A stretch of 64,000 bases of DNA from Candidatus Saccharimonadota bacterium (GTDB taxonomy: Bacteria > Patescibacteriota > Saccharimonadia > Saccharimonadales > JAXHNE01). Position 1 is the stretch's first letter, and each line of letters opens with the position of its first letter. Shown in pieces: positions 46,796 through 55,755 of this stretch. Position numbers and translations under genes: made by a program. The notes under the pieces are model-generated. The model was not told the DNA's origin. It saw only the letters and a list, made by a program, of their open reading frames with translations, and did not search any database. The DNA is taken from NCBI GenBank assembly GCA_034520885.1, contig JAXHNE010000007.1, forward strand, positions 118,827-182,826, read 5' to 3'.

Positions 46796-49700
46796 ATGGC
46801 AAATTTGTTTGGTAAAAACAGGCTGAGTGAAAAAGCAGCCGAGATTAATACGGATGAGATTATCGATTTTATCGAGATCGTCAAAACATGGCACGCTGAT
46901 TGCCATGACGGTTCGCTCAAGAATGATAAAGAAACTTCTCGGGAACAGGAATACAATCAGTCCTTTTTCAAAAACATTCTCGGCTACAAAGAAAAACCAA
47001 CAGTCCCGTATAACTTTGAGCCAAAGGCGACAACAAAAACGGGCCACTTGCCAGATGCGGTCATCAGTTATACGGACAAGTCCAATGACATAGAAAATAT
47101 AGCTGCCGTTGTTGAGCTAAAAGGTGCATCGGTTGATCTAGATCGTCCGCAGCGTCGCGAGGGCAATATGAGCCCCGTACAGCAAGGTTTCAAATACAAA
47201 ACGCTATACCGTAACTGTCCATTCGTAGTCGTTAGTAACTTTTGGGAGTTTCGCTTGTATCACGACAACTTGCTCGACTACGAAGTCTGGACACTGGACG
47301 ATCTCGTTAACCCCGATGACGACTACATTCTGTTTAAAACTTGGTACACGCTACTAAAACGAGAAAATTTTACTGCCAAAAAAGGTGCCAGCAAGACAGA
47401 AGACCTACTGAGTGATATCCGCATTGAGCAGGAAGAAATAGGAAAAGATTTCTATAAAGTCTACAAAAAAGCAAGGCTTAGCTTACTCAGAGACATTATT
47501 GAGCAAAACCAAGTCAAACGAGGCGAAATAGACCTGGCTATAGAAAAAACGCAAAAAATCATTGATCGCATTGTTTTTGCTTGTTTTGCCGAAGACAGAG
47601 GATTGTTCCCGGATGATACTTTGCGCAGAGTTATAAAATCAGCGGATGAATCCGACTTTGATAGCTCGCTATGGTTTACGTTCAAGGCATTTTTTGAATC
47701 CGTTAATAGCGGTAGCGAGAAGTTAGGGATAGCGGACGGTTACAACGGCGGCCTGTTCGCACATGACGCAGAGCTAAATAACCTGAAGGTTGGCGATCGT
47801 CCTTTGCGCCAAATCGCAGAGCTTGGTGGGTACAATTTTGTTGAAGACCTGAGCGTTACCATTCTTGGTCATATTTTCGAACAGTCCATCAGTGACCTCG
47901 AAGAGATTAAAAACAAAGTCAATGAAAAACAAGGTCTAGACGCAATTCAGCAAAGTAGGCGCAAAAAAGACGGCATTTTCTACACGCCTGACTATATTGT
48001 CCGTTACATTGTCGACAACTCACTAGGGGCGTATCTACGTGAAGCAGAGGAACGGCTTAAAGACGAGTTCAGGCTTCACGGCGACATTAATGAAAAAAAT
48101 TATGAAAAACGCGAACGTCAAGCTTACGGTAAATACCAGGATTTCCTGCAAAACGTTAAAGTGTTAGATCCGGCGTGTGGTTCGGGCGCGTTCCTCGTGT
48201 ATGTGTTTGACTACCTGCTTGCAGAGAACAAGCGTGTGGCGAGCATTCTTGGCAATAGCCTGTTTAGCAGTGAAGATTATATAAAAGATATTTTACGCAA
48301 CAACATTTATGGCGTAGACCTTAATGAAGAATCAGTAGAGATAACTAAACTCTCACTATGGCTAAAATCCGCCCAAAAAGGTAAAAAACTTACCTCGTTG
48401 GACGACAACATAAAATGCGGTAACAGCCTTATAGACGACCCAGAAATCGCAAGCGACAAAGCTTTTGACTGGCAAAAAGAGTTTCCTAGTATTTTCGCAG
48501 ACGGCGGTTTTGATGTCGTTGTCGGGAATCCACCTTGGGTTTCACTAGGTGGAAAGCACGGTCAAAAAGTAAGTGACGATGAACTTAAATACTATATTGA
48601 GAAATACAACGGCAACACATACATGCCCAATCTGTTTGAATACTTCATAAATCTTGGCATCAATCTTTTGAGTACAGACGGTTATTTTGCGATGATTGTG
48701 CCAGATCGTTTTGGGATAAACGGTGTGTTTAACAAGTTACGTAAGCAAATATGGCAAAAGCATACCCTTGTTGAAGTCGTGTACAAGTGGGATTTTCCGT
48801 TTATCGTTACAGATACCATGACTTTTGTCATTAAAAAGCAAGTTGCGAACAAGCAAAAGGTGGCGATCAAGGCAAATCCAAAATCAGACTCAATATTCCT
48901 TACAAATAGCGAGATAGATGAAGATAGTTATGGGTTTAAGGCATTCAAATCAAAGCAGTCCAAAAAGCTTATTGATAAAATATTGGATGGCGGAGTTTCG
49001 TTATCGGAGGTTGCAAAAACCACTTCTGGTTTTGGTGGAAGATCAAAACTTATAACCATCAAAAGAGTGTCTCCAGAACAGAGAGAGATCTTGAAGGGTC
49101 AATCAATAGGACGTTATTTAGTCAAAGATAGGCTATATTTTGAATTTACTGACGAGAATGTAACCGGTAGAACGAGAGATGAAAATAAGTTAAGCGCAAG
49201 ACCAAAAGTACTACTCAGAAAAACTGGCTCGGAAATCATTGCCAGTTTCGACGACACTGGCGCATATCCAGAACAATCCCTTTACTTCCTATACTCATTT
49301 GCTGATAAAGTGCAGCCACTTTATATCTTGGCACTACTTAACTCAAGGTTAATAACTTGGCTTTTTAGAAATAACTACATAACTAACGCGGATAGTACTC
49401 CACAGCTAAAAAACATTGATTTAGATAAGTTTCCCATAGTAATTGCGGACAATAAAACGCAAGCGCAAATAGCAGAATTGGCGTCTGGCATAGTCGAAAA
49501 ATCAAAAACTTTGTACACGAACTCACAAAAACTAAATAGATTAGTGTCTGTGGAATTTTCTTTTGATAAGTTACCAGCCAAACTCAACAGATGGTGGACG
49601 CTTGACTTCGCAGACTTTGCAAATGCCTTAAAAGTTAAACTTTCGCTCCAGCAAAAAGACGAGCTTCTGCAACTCTTTGAAAAATACCGCACAGAATGTG

Positions 49701-49810
49701 CCGAACTCGACGCCCAAATCCAAAAAACCAATAACGAAATCGATCAACTAGTGTACAAACTTTACAACCTTACCCCCAAAGAGATACAGATTGTTGAAAC
49801 TGGAGCTTAA
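46796..49810 (+). CDS. type IIG/IIL restriction-modification enzyme (fused PD-ExK nuclease, N6-adenine methyltransferase and specificity domain; MmeI/Eco57I-like)
   Basis: 1004 aa; N-terminal LPDAV...VVELKG (PD-(D/E)xK), SAM motif VLDPACGSGAFLV, catalytic VVGNPPWV, C-terminal TaqI-like specificity region (LLNSRLITWLFRN). Confidence 0.85.
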   Translation: MANLFGKNRLSEKAAEINTDEIIDFIEIVKTWHADCHDGSLKNDKETSREQEYNQSFFKNILGYKEKPTVPYNFEPKATTKTGHLPDAVISYTDKSNDIENIAAVVELKGASVDLDRPQRREGNMSPVQQGFKYKTLYRNCPFVVVSNFWEFRLYHDNLLDYEVWTLDDLVNPDDDYILFKTWYTLLKRENFTAKKGASKTEDLLSDIRIEQEEIGKDFYKVYKKARLSLLRDIIEQNQVKRGEIDLAIEKTQKIIDRIVFACFAEDRGLFPDDTLRRVIKSADESDFDSSLWFTFKAFFESVNSGSEKLGIADGYNGGLFAHDAELNNLKVGDRPLRQIAELGGYNFVEDLSVTILGHIFEQSISDLEEIKNKVNEKQGLDAIQQSRRKKDGIFYTPDYIVRYIVDNSLGAYLREAEERLKDEFRLHGDINEKNYEKRERQAYGKYQDFLQNVKVLDPACGSGAFLVYVFDYLLAENKRVASILGNSLFSSEDYIKDILRNNIYGVDLNEESVEITKLSLWLKSAQKGKKLTSLDDNIKCGNSLIDDPEIASDKAFDWQKEFPSIFADGGFDVVVGNPPWVSLGGKHGQKVSDDELKYYIEKYNGNTYMPNLFEYFINLGINLLSTDGYFAMIVPDRFGINGVFNKLRKQIWQKHTLVEVVYKWDFPFIVTDTMTFVIKKQVANKQKVAIKANPKSDSIFLTNSEIDEDSYGFKAFKSKQSKKLIDKILDGGVSLSEVAKTTSGFGGRSKLITIKRVSPEQREILKGQSIGRYLVKDRLYFEFTDENVTGRTRDENKLSARPKVLLRKTGSEIIASFDDTGAYPEQSLYFLYSFADKVQPLYILALLNSRLITWLFRNNYITNADSTPQLKNIDLDKFPIVIADNKTQAQIAELASGIVEKSKTLYTNSQKLNRLVSVEFSFDKLPAKLNRWWTLDFADFANALKVKLSLQQKDELLQLFEKYRTECAELDAQIQKTNNEIDQLVYKLYNLTPKEIQIVETGA

Positions 49811-50661
49811 TGGACGGCTTATTTAACCATAGAGAGATAGCCGTAGGGCTGTGGTTAGCAGTACTTATAGTCTTTGCTGCTAGTAAAAAGGTAGTGCGCT
49901 CATCGTTTGTAGATGTTCTTAAAGCATTCTTCATGCCAAAAATAATCATACCGCTGTTACTGTCATTTGCGCCTATCTTGCTGGTAGTGTGGCTGTTGGC
50001 ATACTTCAATCTTTGGGACTTATCTGTACTTAAAGAGACAATCTACTGGGTTATTGGTACGGGAATAATAATGTTCGGTAAGTTTAATGATGTTAAAAAT
50101 GTAAAGACACTATACAAACAGACAGCAAAAGAAACTCTAGCGTTAGTGGTCTTGCTGGAGTTCGTTATTTGGCTTTACGTATTTCCTTTATGGGCTGAGT
50201 TGATATTAGTGCCGTTTGTAACCTTAATAGTACTACTGGCGACAGTTGCAAAGTATATGAAAACAGACGGTATAGGATTAACACGCAAAGTGCTAAATGG
50301 TATGCAAATATTCATTGGTCTACTTATACTACTATTCGCATTCATCGGCTTTACGAAAAACCCTGCATTGTTATTCACCTTTCAAAACCTAGAACTATTC
50401 TTATTGCCTATAATTTTGTCGTTGACCTACGCGCCGTCAGTGTACCTCATAGCGTTATACAGCAAGTATGAGTTGGTATTTAATCGCATCAATCACTATA
50501 TTTCGCCAGAAATCAAAGATAAACGGTCTATCAAGTTAGCTTGTATTAGACGCTGCGGTTTAAGCTTGCGCACAACTAGTGATATGACACGACACTTAGC
50601 GATTAACTTAACTAACGAGACAACAACCCCACAAGCCCTTAAATTGGTTCGTGATTTTTGA
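49810..50661 (+). CDS. hypothetical polytopic (~7 TM) membrane protein coupled to the RM gene
   Basis: 283 aa; start overlaps the RM stop (TAATG); same AT-rich composition; no known domain. Confidence 0.6.
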   Translation: MDGLFNHREIAVGLWLAVLIVFAASKKVVRSSFVDVLKAFFMPKIIIPLLLSFAPILLVVWLLAYFNLWDLSVLKETIYWVIGTGIIMFGKFNDVKNVKTLYKQTAKETLALVVLLEFVIWLYVFPLWAELILVPFVTLIVLLATVAKYMKTDGIGLTRKVLNGMQIFIGLLILLFAFIGFTKNPALLFTFQNLELFLLPIILSLTYAPSVYLIALYSKYELVFNRINHYISPEIKDKRSIKLACIRRCGLSLRTTSDMTRHLAINLTNETTTPQALKLVRDF

Positions 50662-50776
50662 CCCGAAACAAAAAGAAGCTTTGCTCGACACTAGCGCGTA
50701 GTGCGGCGCCTTTGCCATACCAGCGAAGCTCCAACACTTTTGTCTTTTATGACAGGCGAACCTTAAAAAACACATA

Positions 50777-50979
50777 GCTGAACCTTCAGGCGATAAAAGA
50801 AAAACTGCCCGGCTCAGACCAGTAAAAACATTAATTTACCAGCTTCTTCACCGAACTCCGAGTTAAATCGGAGTTAACTCGGAGTTCGGTGTCGTGTACG
50901 GATTTTCTTTAGTTGGTTTGCGCGAAAGTACAGAGTAGGGCGGGGTACCGCAATCCGGGGTTTAAAGCTCGCTACAATT
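50777..50979 (+). repeat. ~203-bp junction module L1 (contains palindromic element copy 4 at 50849-50891 and ends in TACAAT)
   Basis: Aligns along its whole length with 52831-53033, with scattered substitutions and one 1-nt indel. Confidence 0.9.
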
Positions 50980-51137
50980 ACCAAAAGCGGAGTCTAATAT
51001 AGTATGGGCGGATGCACTCATTTGACATTCGATCAGGACGGGTCTATTCTTACGGAAGGTGATATAAAATATGGGTCTTGCCCGGCAAAGTCTAAAAAAA
51101 GTCTCTCGTCAAAAAAACAACCAAAAGGGGTATCTCT

Positions 51138-52694
51138 ATGGCAAAGTCAAAAGCCAAAAGAACTAAAGCGTCACGTTCCAATAAAAAGAAAAAGCAATCA
51201 TTCGCCCAGAAATTCATGGGCCTCCCCAAAACGGTACTTTTCATTATTGCTTTTGGGCTGGTGGGAGTCGTTGGTCTTGTTATTGCAAGTGCCGGCCCGA
51301 ATTACAGTATGTCCCACAAACATTTAAATACGGAAAAATCAGTCAATGCCACAAAAGTTAAAGAAACCCGTGACAGCAAACGAAATGCAAAAGTAGTAGA
51401 AATAAAAAATAACTCAGAAGAGTCCGTTGCTAAAGCAACAATTTCACGCGACGTACCAGCAGGTACCTACGAAGTTTGTCTTATTGGTGTTGCTCAATCA
51501 GGTAGCCCAACGGGTACGTTCAGTGCGCGAGAATTTACTACCAGAACGGGTAATGATCTAGGGGTGACTACCTACACGGCAAAATCCGGAGGTGATTACG
51601 AAGAACTAGCATGTTTAAGTTTTGAGCATAAGGAAGGTGATAGCTCGCATTTGGCTCTATATGTCACTAACACGAATCCAGACACTTCGCTGAGGATAAG
51701 TGTCATCTCAGTAGAAGAGGTTGAAGGCAATGATACGGACGTGTCAATTGACGAGGAGCCAACTGATCCTCCGTCAACTGACCCCGGCGATTTGACTACC
51801 CTCTCGGGCTCACGGGCAATAAAGGCTTCATGCAATACGAAGGCACAGTACAATGGGACAAACCCACGCAATAACTTCCCAACGGATATTACGACCGGCC
51901 CGGAAGCCTCCGGCATCAACGAAGAGGCTTTACCAAGCTCAGGCCACTCCGGATCATGGACTATTTCACGAAACGGCGCAGTTGTTGACGGTGTTTTCCA
52001 TAACGGCAGTATTAATGTCAAAGCAGACAATGTAACAATAAAAAACAGTGTCATCTGCGGTAACTCAAGCATAATTGTTGACAACGATGGCAAAAACTTA
52101 CGTATTGAAAATTCAATAATTCGAGGCGAAGATAACGGTTCAGGTGACTGTGGTGCTGCTATAGCCCAAGGAAACTATAAAATGTACAACACAGAAGTAA
52201 CTTATTGTGCTGACGGTGGTAAGTTGAATGGTGTTGTCGAGATTTACAACTCATGGTTCCACGATTTTTTCACTAATCGCTACGGGAACGGAGGAGGTAC
52301 TCACAACGATACCTTACAGAAAAACAAAAACCCAAGTCTCGACCGGCTAATCGTTAAAGGCAATAGCATGTATCAAGACCCTTGTACCAGTAACCGACAC
52401 CTGCAAATGGGTGGACCGGATGAGTCAAGTCTCACGATTCCTTACTTAAGGTGGGAGGACAACTTTATGTATGGCATCAGAGGCTTCTATAAAGATGACA
52501 ACGTGCATGTAAGCGATGGTTTGATCTCTGGCAACACATTTGCAGGTAGTGCAACCAAAGGACCTTTCCCTACAGCTGGTTTATACAGCTGGGGTAATGG
52601 AACGCCAATACCGCGTAATGGAAATCTGTTCGAAAGTGGGCAAAATGCTGATGAAAATCCAAGTAGAAGTTCATATAACTGCACGAACATTTAA
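51138..52694 (+). CDS. membrane-anchored right-handed beta-helix (pectate-lyase/NosD-like repeat) surface protein
   Basis: Basic N-terminus + TM helix VLFIIAFGLVGVVGLVIA. C-terminal half has repeated N-x-(V/I)-x-I-x-N-(S/N) turns (VKADNVTIKNSVICGNSSIIVDNDGKNLRIENSIIRG). aagggg SD. Confidence 0.65.
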   Translation: MAKSKAKRTKASRSNKKKKQSFAQKFMGLPKTVLFIIAFGLVGVVGLVIASAGPNYSMSHKHLNTEKSVNATKVKETRDSKRNAKVVEIKNNSEESVAKATISRDVPAGTYEVCLIGVAQSGSPTGTFSAREFTTRTGNDLGVTTYTAKSGGDYEELACLSFEHKEGDSSHLALYVTNTNPDTSLRISVISVEEVEGNDTDVSIDEEPTDPPSTDPGDLTTLSGSRAIKASCNTKAQYNGTNPRNNFPTDITTGPEASGINEEALPSSGHSGSWTISRNGAVVDGVFHNGSINVKADNVTIKNSVICGNSSIIVDNDGKNLRIENSIIRGEDNGSGDCGAAIAQGNYKMYNTEVTYCADGGKLNGVVEIYNSWFHDFFTNRYGNGGGTHNDTLQKNKNPSLDRLIVKGNSMYQDPCTSNRHLQMGGPDESSLTIPYLRWEDNFMYGIRGFYKDDNVHVSDGLISGNTFAGSATKGPFPTAGLYSWGNGTPIPRNGNLFESGQNADENPSRSSYNCTNI

Positions 52695-52807
52695 ACTACA
52701 ATAAAGTTTTCATGAGTCGTTAATCTTGCATGGTTTACTGGGCTTAAGTAACCAAGAGTCATTAGAGATGCTTATATTGCGGCCAAAGTGCGTAAGCGTG
52801 AGTATAT

Positions 52808-52825
52808 GTTTTCCGTACGGAAAAC
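52808..52825. other. perfect 18-nt palindrome GTTTTCCGTACGGAAAAC after the beta-helix gene
   Basis: Read directly; terminator-like hairpin without a U-tract. Confidence 0.5.
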
Positions 52826-52830
52826 GCGTG

Positions 52831-53033
52831 GCTGAGCTTTCAGGCGATAAAAGAAAAACTGCCCGGCTCAGACCGGTAAAAACATCAATTTACGGACTTC
52901 TCTACGAACTCCGAGTTAAATCGGAGTTAACTCGGAGTTCGGTGTCGTGTACGGATTTTCTTTAGTTCGTTTGCGCGAAAGTGCAGAAGAGGGGCGGGGT
53001 ATTGCAATCCGGGGTTTAAAACCTGCTACAATT
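52831..53033 (+). repeat. ~203-bp junction module L2 (contains palindromic element copy 5 at 52905-52941 and ends in TACAAT)
   Basis: Direct repeat of L1; its TACAAT (53027-53032) sits 8 nt before ATG 53041. Confidence 0.9.
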
Positions 53034-53040
53034 TATGCAA

Positions 53041-53712
53041 ATGAGCGAAACACTTAGGAAAACGGAGAATCCCGAGCATTTCGATGTTCACCATGAAAAC
53101 GGTGAAGCTTTGATGTGCATGTCGAGCGAAGGCGAGTGCCGTGTCCTGGTAGAAATCATGTCGGGGTATACGCCCGAAGAACAGCAGCAGCTTACGGGCT
53201 CTACCACCGGCGCGCTTGAAGCCATTGATCGCTTTACGGACGGTAAAGCCGCGGATATTTTTACCGGTTTGCATATAAAAATTGGCGAGGACGTAACGGA
53301 AGGCGGAGCGAAAACAATCGCCGAGGAAAACCAAGTACTGCTCAGTGGTAGAAAAATGCTTTTGAGCATTGACGAAATGCGCCACGTAAGCGGAGCGTAC
53401 GGCAGCGAAGAGCTTACCGACTTTCCTGACGCACACCGACCTGGCGGCGCACTGGAATACACCCTGGTTCACGAAATAGGGCACGTTCTTGACGGCCAAA
53501 CCCAAGCCGGCGAACCGTACCACCGCGTTTCCGCCAAAGAAAGCCCTACGAAGTACGGACGCGAGTCCGACGAGTGGCACGACAATAAAAGCCACGAAAC
53601 GTTCGCGGAAGGCTTTGCGCACGCAGTTTACGACATGCCCATAAGCGAACCGCTGGAAACCGCCGTACGCGACACAATCAATACGAGGTTACAAGAAGTC
53701 ACCAAAACCTAA
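53041..53712 (+). CDS. HExxH zinc metallopeptidase-like protein (resembles the anthrax-lethal-factor / Pro-Pro-endopeptidase M34-type motif spacing)
   Basis: TLVHEIGHVLD followed ~45 aa later by HETFAEGFAHAV (third-ligand Glu context); no signal peptide; start moved from 53035 to 53041. Confidence 0.55.
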   Translation: MSETLRKTENPEHFDVHHENGEALMCMSSEGECRVLVEIMSGYTPEEQQQLTGSTTGALEAIDRFTDGKAADIFTGLHIKIGEDVTEGGAKTIAEENQVLLSGRKMLLSIDEMRHVSGAYGSEELTDFPDAHRPGGALEYTLVHEIGHVLDGQTQAGEPYHRVSAKESPTKYGRESDEWHDNKSHETFAEGFAHAVYDMPISEPLETAVRDTINTRLQEVTKT

Positions 53713-53755
53713 ACCAAATTTAAAATCTACGAGCGGAAAGAAATAACTAAAACTG

Positions 53756-54178
53756 CTAGAGTTCTTCTTTCCGCTCAGGCCACTCGTGATACGGATATAG
53801 TTCTCGTAACTTAACGGTTTTGTCGCTACTGATTATAACGTCAGCATCCAGACCATCCTCGAGTCTACTAAACATAAAGAGTCTACATGCACCGCACGGG
53901 GGCAAAACATAGACATCTTTTTGAGGATTATTATTCCAAACGGCGACAATCTTTTTTACTTTGTATTCTTTGTTAGTAAACATTTGAGCGATTGCGGTTC
54001 GTTCCGCGCAAGAGCCCACGCCAGAGCCATCGTCAACGCACGCCCCTTTGTAGATATTACCTTTGTCGGTGACTAGAGCCGACCCCACGTCGCCAATCCA
54101 GTCACCCTCAATCTCAATGGGATTAAGTACATCAACCGCTAGTTTTATCAGTTCTTTATTCGATATTTCATTATCCAT
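53756..54178 (-). CDS. cytidine / blasticidin-S deaminase-fold protein
   Basis: 140 aa; zinc motifs CAERTAI and PCGACR at the spacing typical of small tetrameric CDA/BSD enzymes. Confidence 0.8.
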   Translation of the reverse strand: MDNEISNKELIKLAVDVLNPIEIEGDWIGDVGSALVTDKGNIYKGACVDDGSGVGSCAERTAIAQMFTNKEYKVKKIVAVWNNNPQKDVYVLPPCGACRLFMFSRLEDGLDADVIISSDKTVKLRELYPYHEWPERKEEL

Positions 54179-54400
54179 ACTACAACTTTAACAGATTTAT
54201 CCATTTTACTCCGTTGTGTACGTTTCAGTAACTGCTACAGGGCAACACTCTAGGTCTTGTGAGATACCAGAGCTTAACCAAACTTAAAAGCCTACGTTAG
54301 TGAAGTCGGGCATGCTTCGGAGCCAAACCGCAGCTCTTTCTCCGTAACAGCAACCTCAAGCACTCAGGGTATATTTAGCTTTTCTTGTTATAGTAGGGAA

Positions 54401-54766
54401 GTGAACTTAAACGAAACCGATTTACGTGAACTGGAAAAGTTAGAGGAATCGCTTTGGGAGCGGAAAACGCGATTTGACAATGACTACATGAGAAGCGTTT
54501 TGGCCGATGACTTTTTGGAGTTTGGGCGTTCCGGGAAGGTTTACGACCTTGAAGAGTCGTTGTCGGCCCCCGACCAAGAAATCAAAGCAAAGCTACCTCT
54601 TAAAGACTTTTCAGTGCACCAAATTGACGAGACCGTAGCCTTGGTAACCTACGTGAGCCAAGTAGAGTATGACAGTTTAGAAGTTAGCAACCGAAGCTCT
54701 TTGTGGCAGAACACCGGCGAGGGCTGGAAACTCAAGTTTCATCAGGGCACTCCAGTAAATCCATAG
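54401..54766 (+). CDS. NTF2-like (DUF4440/SnoaL-type) protein
   Basis: 121 aa; LADDFLEFGRSGKVY...WKLKFHQGT pattern typical of DUF4440. Confidence 0.7.
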   Translation: MNLNETDLRELEKLEESLWERKTRFDNDYMRSVLADDFLEFGRSGKVYDLEESLSAPDQEIKAKLPLKDFSVHQIDETVALVTYVSQVEYDSLEVSNRSSLWQNTGEGWKLKFHQGTPVNP

Positions 54767-54831
54767 CCGTGTCTAGCTTTTGATCCCAAACAAATGACAA
54801 CTTCTCGCAGGGCATCCCCCTAAAAACAACC

Positions 54832-54870
54832 CACCGAACTCCGAGTTAAATCGGAGTTATGGCTTGTCGT
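54832..54870 (+). repeat. palindromic 11-mer element, copy 6 (short form)
   Basis: caccgAACTCCGAgttaaaTCGGAGTTatggcttgtcg, between convergent genes. Confidence 0.85.
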
Positions 54871-54896
54871 CAGGTCTGTTCGTTGGTTTTTGGGGT

Positions 54897-55583
54897 TCAG
54901 CCACTACTTAAGTGCTCGTGAATAATCTGCCAGTTGCCATCAATTCTTTGTAGAACATTAGTGCCACGACCTGTGTACACTGGTTGTTTGTTATTTACTT
55001 TGCCGTCTAAAGTAAAATCATATACGCATGCGGCGGTATCGTAGTCTCGCGCGAGCCACACAATGTTGTTTATCTTGTATATTCCATCCTGAATATTTTG
55101 GTAGATGCTCTCAAAGGCTTGCCGGATTGATTTGATACCGTGGTAGGTTCCATTCGTAAACCAAAAGACCGCGTCTTTGGCAATCATAGGGGCAACGTTC
55201 TCAAAATCACGTGAGTTGACCGCTTTCTCGTACGCTTGAAGAAGCGTGGTCAGTTCATTGTGAACCTCGGCGTCGCCGTTTGTAGTTATGGGTTCACCCT
55301 TTTTAATTGTTCGAGCGGCAACATCAGCCATTCTTTCTAAGTCCTGGTACGTATTGGCTTTATCTTCAGCGTGATTTACATAACGGCTTGGGCCTCGAAA
55401 CAAAAAGCGCTTGCCCCAAAATGAATGCACATAGGCGTGTTGGCTTTTCGGGAGCAGCTTAAAGTCTGCTTTGGTAATTTCGGTGAGCTCGTATGGCACT
55501 ACTACCTCGTCCTTTTTGAAGTCACGATTAGCTTGGACGCCTTTGCCTCGAAAACTGCCATTTCCGATACTTACGTTATCCAT
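54897..55583 (-). CDS. SET-domain / NTF2-like fusion protein
   Basis: N-terminal ~105 aa has SET features (GKGVQANRDFKKDEVVVPY, YVNHAEDKANT, IKKGEPIT); C-terminal ~115 aa is SnoaL/DUF4440-like (VFWFTNGTYHG...GNWQIIHEHLS). Confidence 0.6.
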   Translation of the reverse strand: MDNVSIGNGSFRGKGVQANRDFKKDEVVVPYELTEITKADFKLLPKSQHAYVHSFWGKRFLFRGPSRYVNHAEDKANTYQDLERMADVAARTIKKGEPITTNGDAEVHNELTTLLQAYEKAVNSRDFENVAPMIAKDAVFWFTNGTYHGIKSIRQAFESIYQNIQDGIYKINNIVWLARDYDTAACVYDFTLDGKVNNKQPVYTGRGTNVLQRIDGNWQIIHEHLSSG

Positions 55584-55676
55584 GCATAGAATTTTAACAG
55601 ATTTTACCTGTTAAAATTCTATGCTAGCGAGGCCTGGATTTATTTGAGCTGAACGAACTTTATCAAAAAGTATTGC

Positions 55677-55720
55677 ACCGAACTCCGAGTTAAATCGGAG
55701 TTATGGTATGGTGTCGGTGG
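55677..55720 (+). repeat. palindromic 11-mer element, copy 7 (short form)
   Basis: caccgAACTCCGAgttaaaTCGGAGTTatggtatggtgtcggtgg; its 3' flank is identical to copy 3. Confidence 0.85.
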
Positions 55721-55755
55721 GTTGGGGTATAAAAACCTTATGCTAAAACGAAAGG

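Noticed and set aside
51004-51327. A 107-aa ORF overlapping the start of the beta-helix gene
   Set aside because: Its second half overlaps the well-supported 51138..52694 frame and reads as low-complexity basic/hydrophobic shadow sequence. At most a short upstream peptide could be real, and there is no evidence for one.
8031-55720. The 11-mer palindromic repeats as a CRISPR array
   Set aside because: Copies are separated by 0.8-38 kb of protein-coding DNA, not by 25-50-nt spacers. Repeat length varies and no cas genes are present.
8031-55720. The palindromic elements as integron attC sites (they contain GTTAAAT, which fits the GTTRRRY core)
   Set aside because: No intI integrase or attI is in the window. 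The elements are near-perfect palindromes without the extrahelical-base asymmetry typical of attC. At least some cassettes carry their own promoters. It is kept only as a remote analogy.
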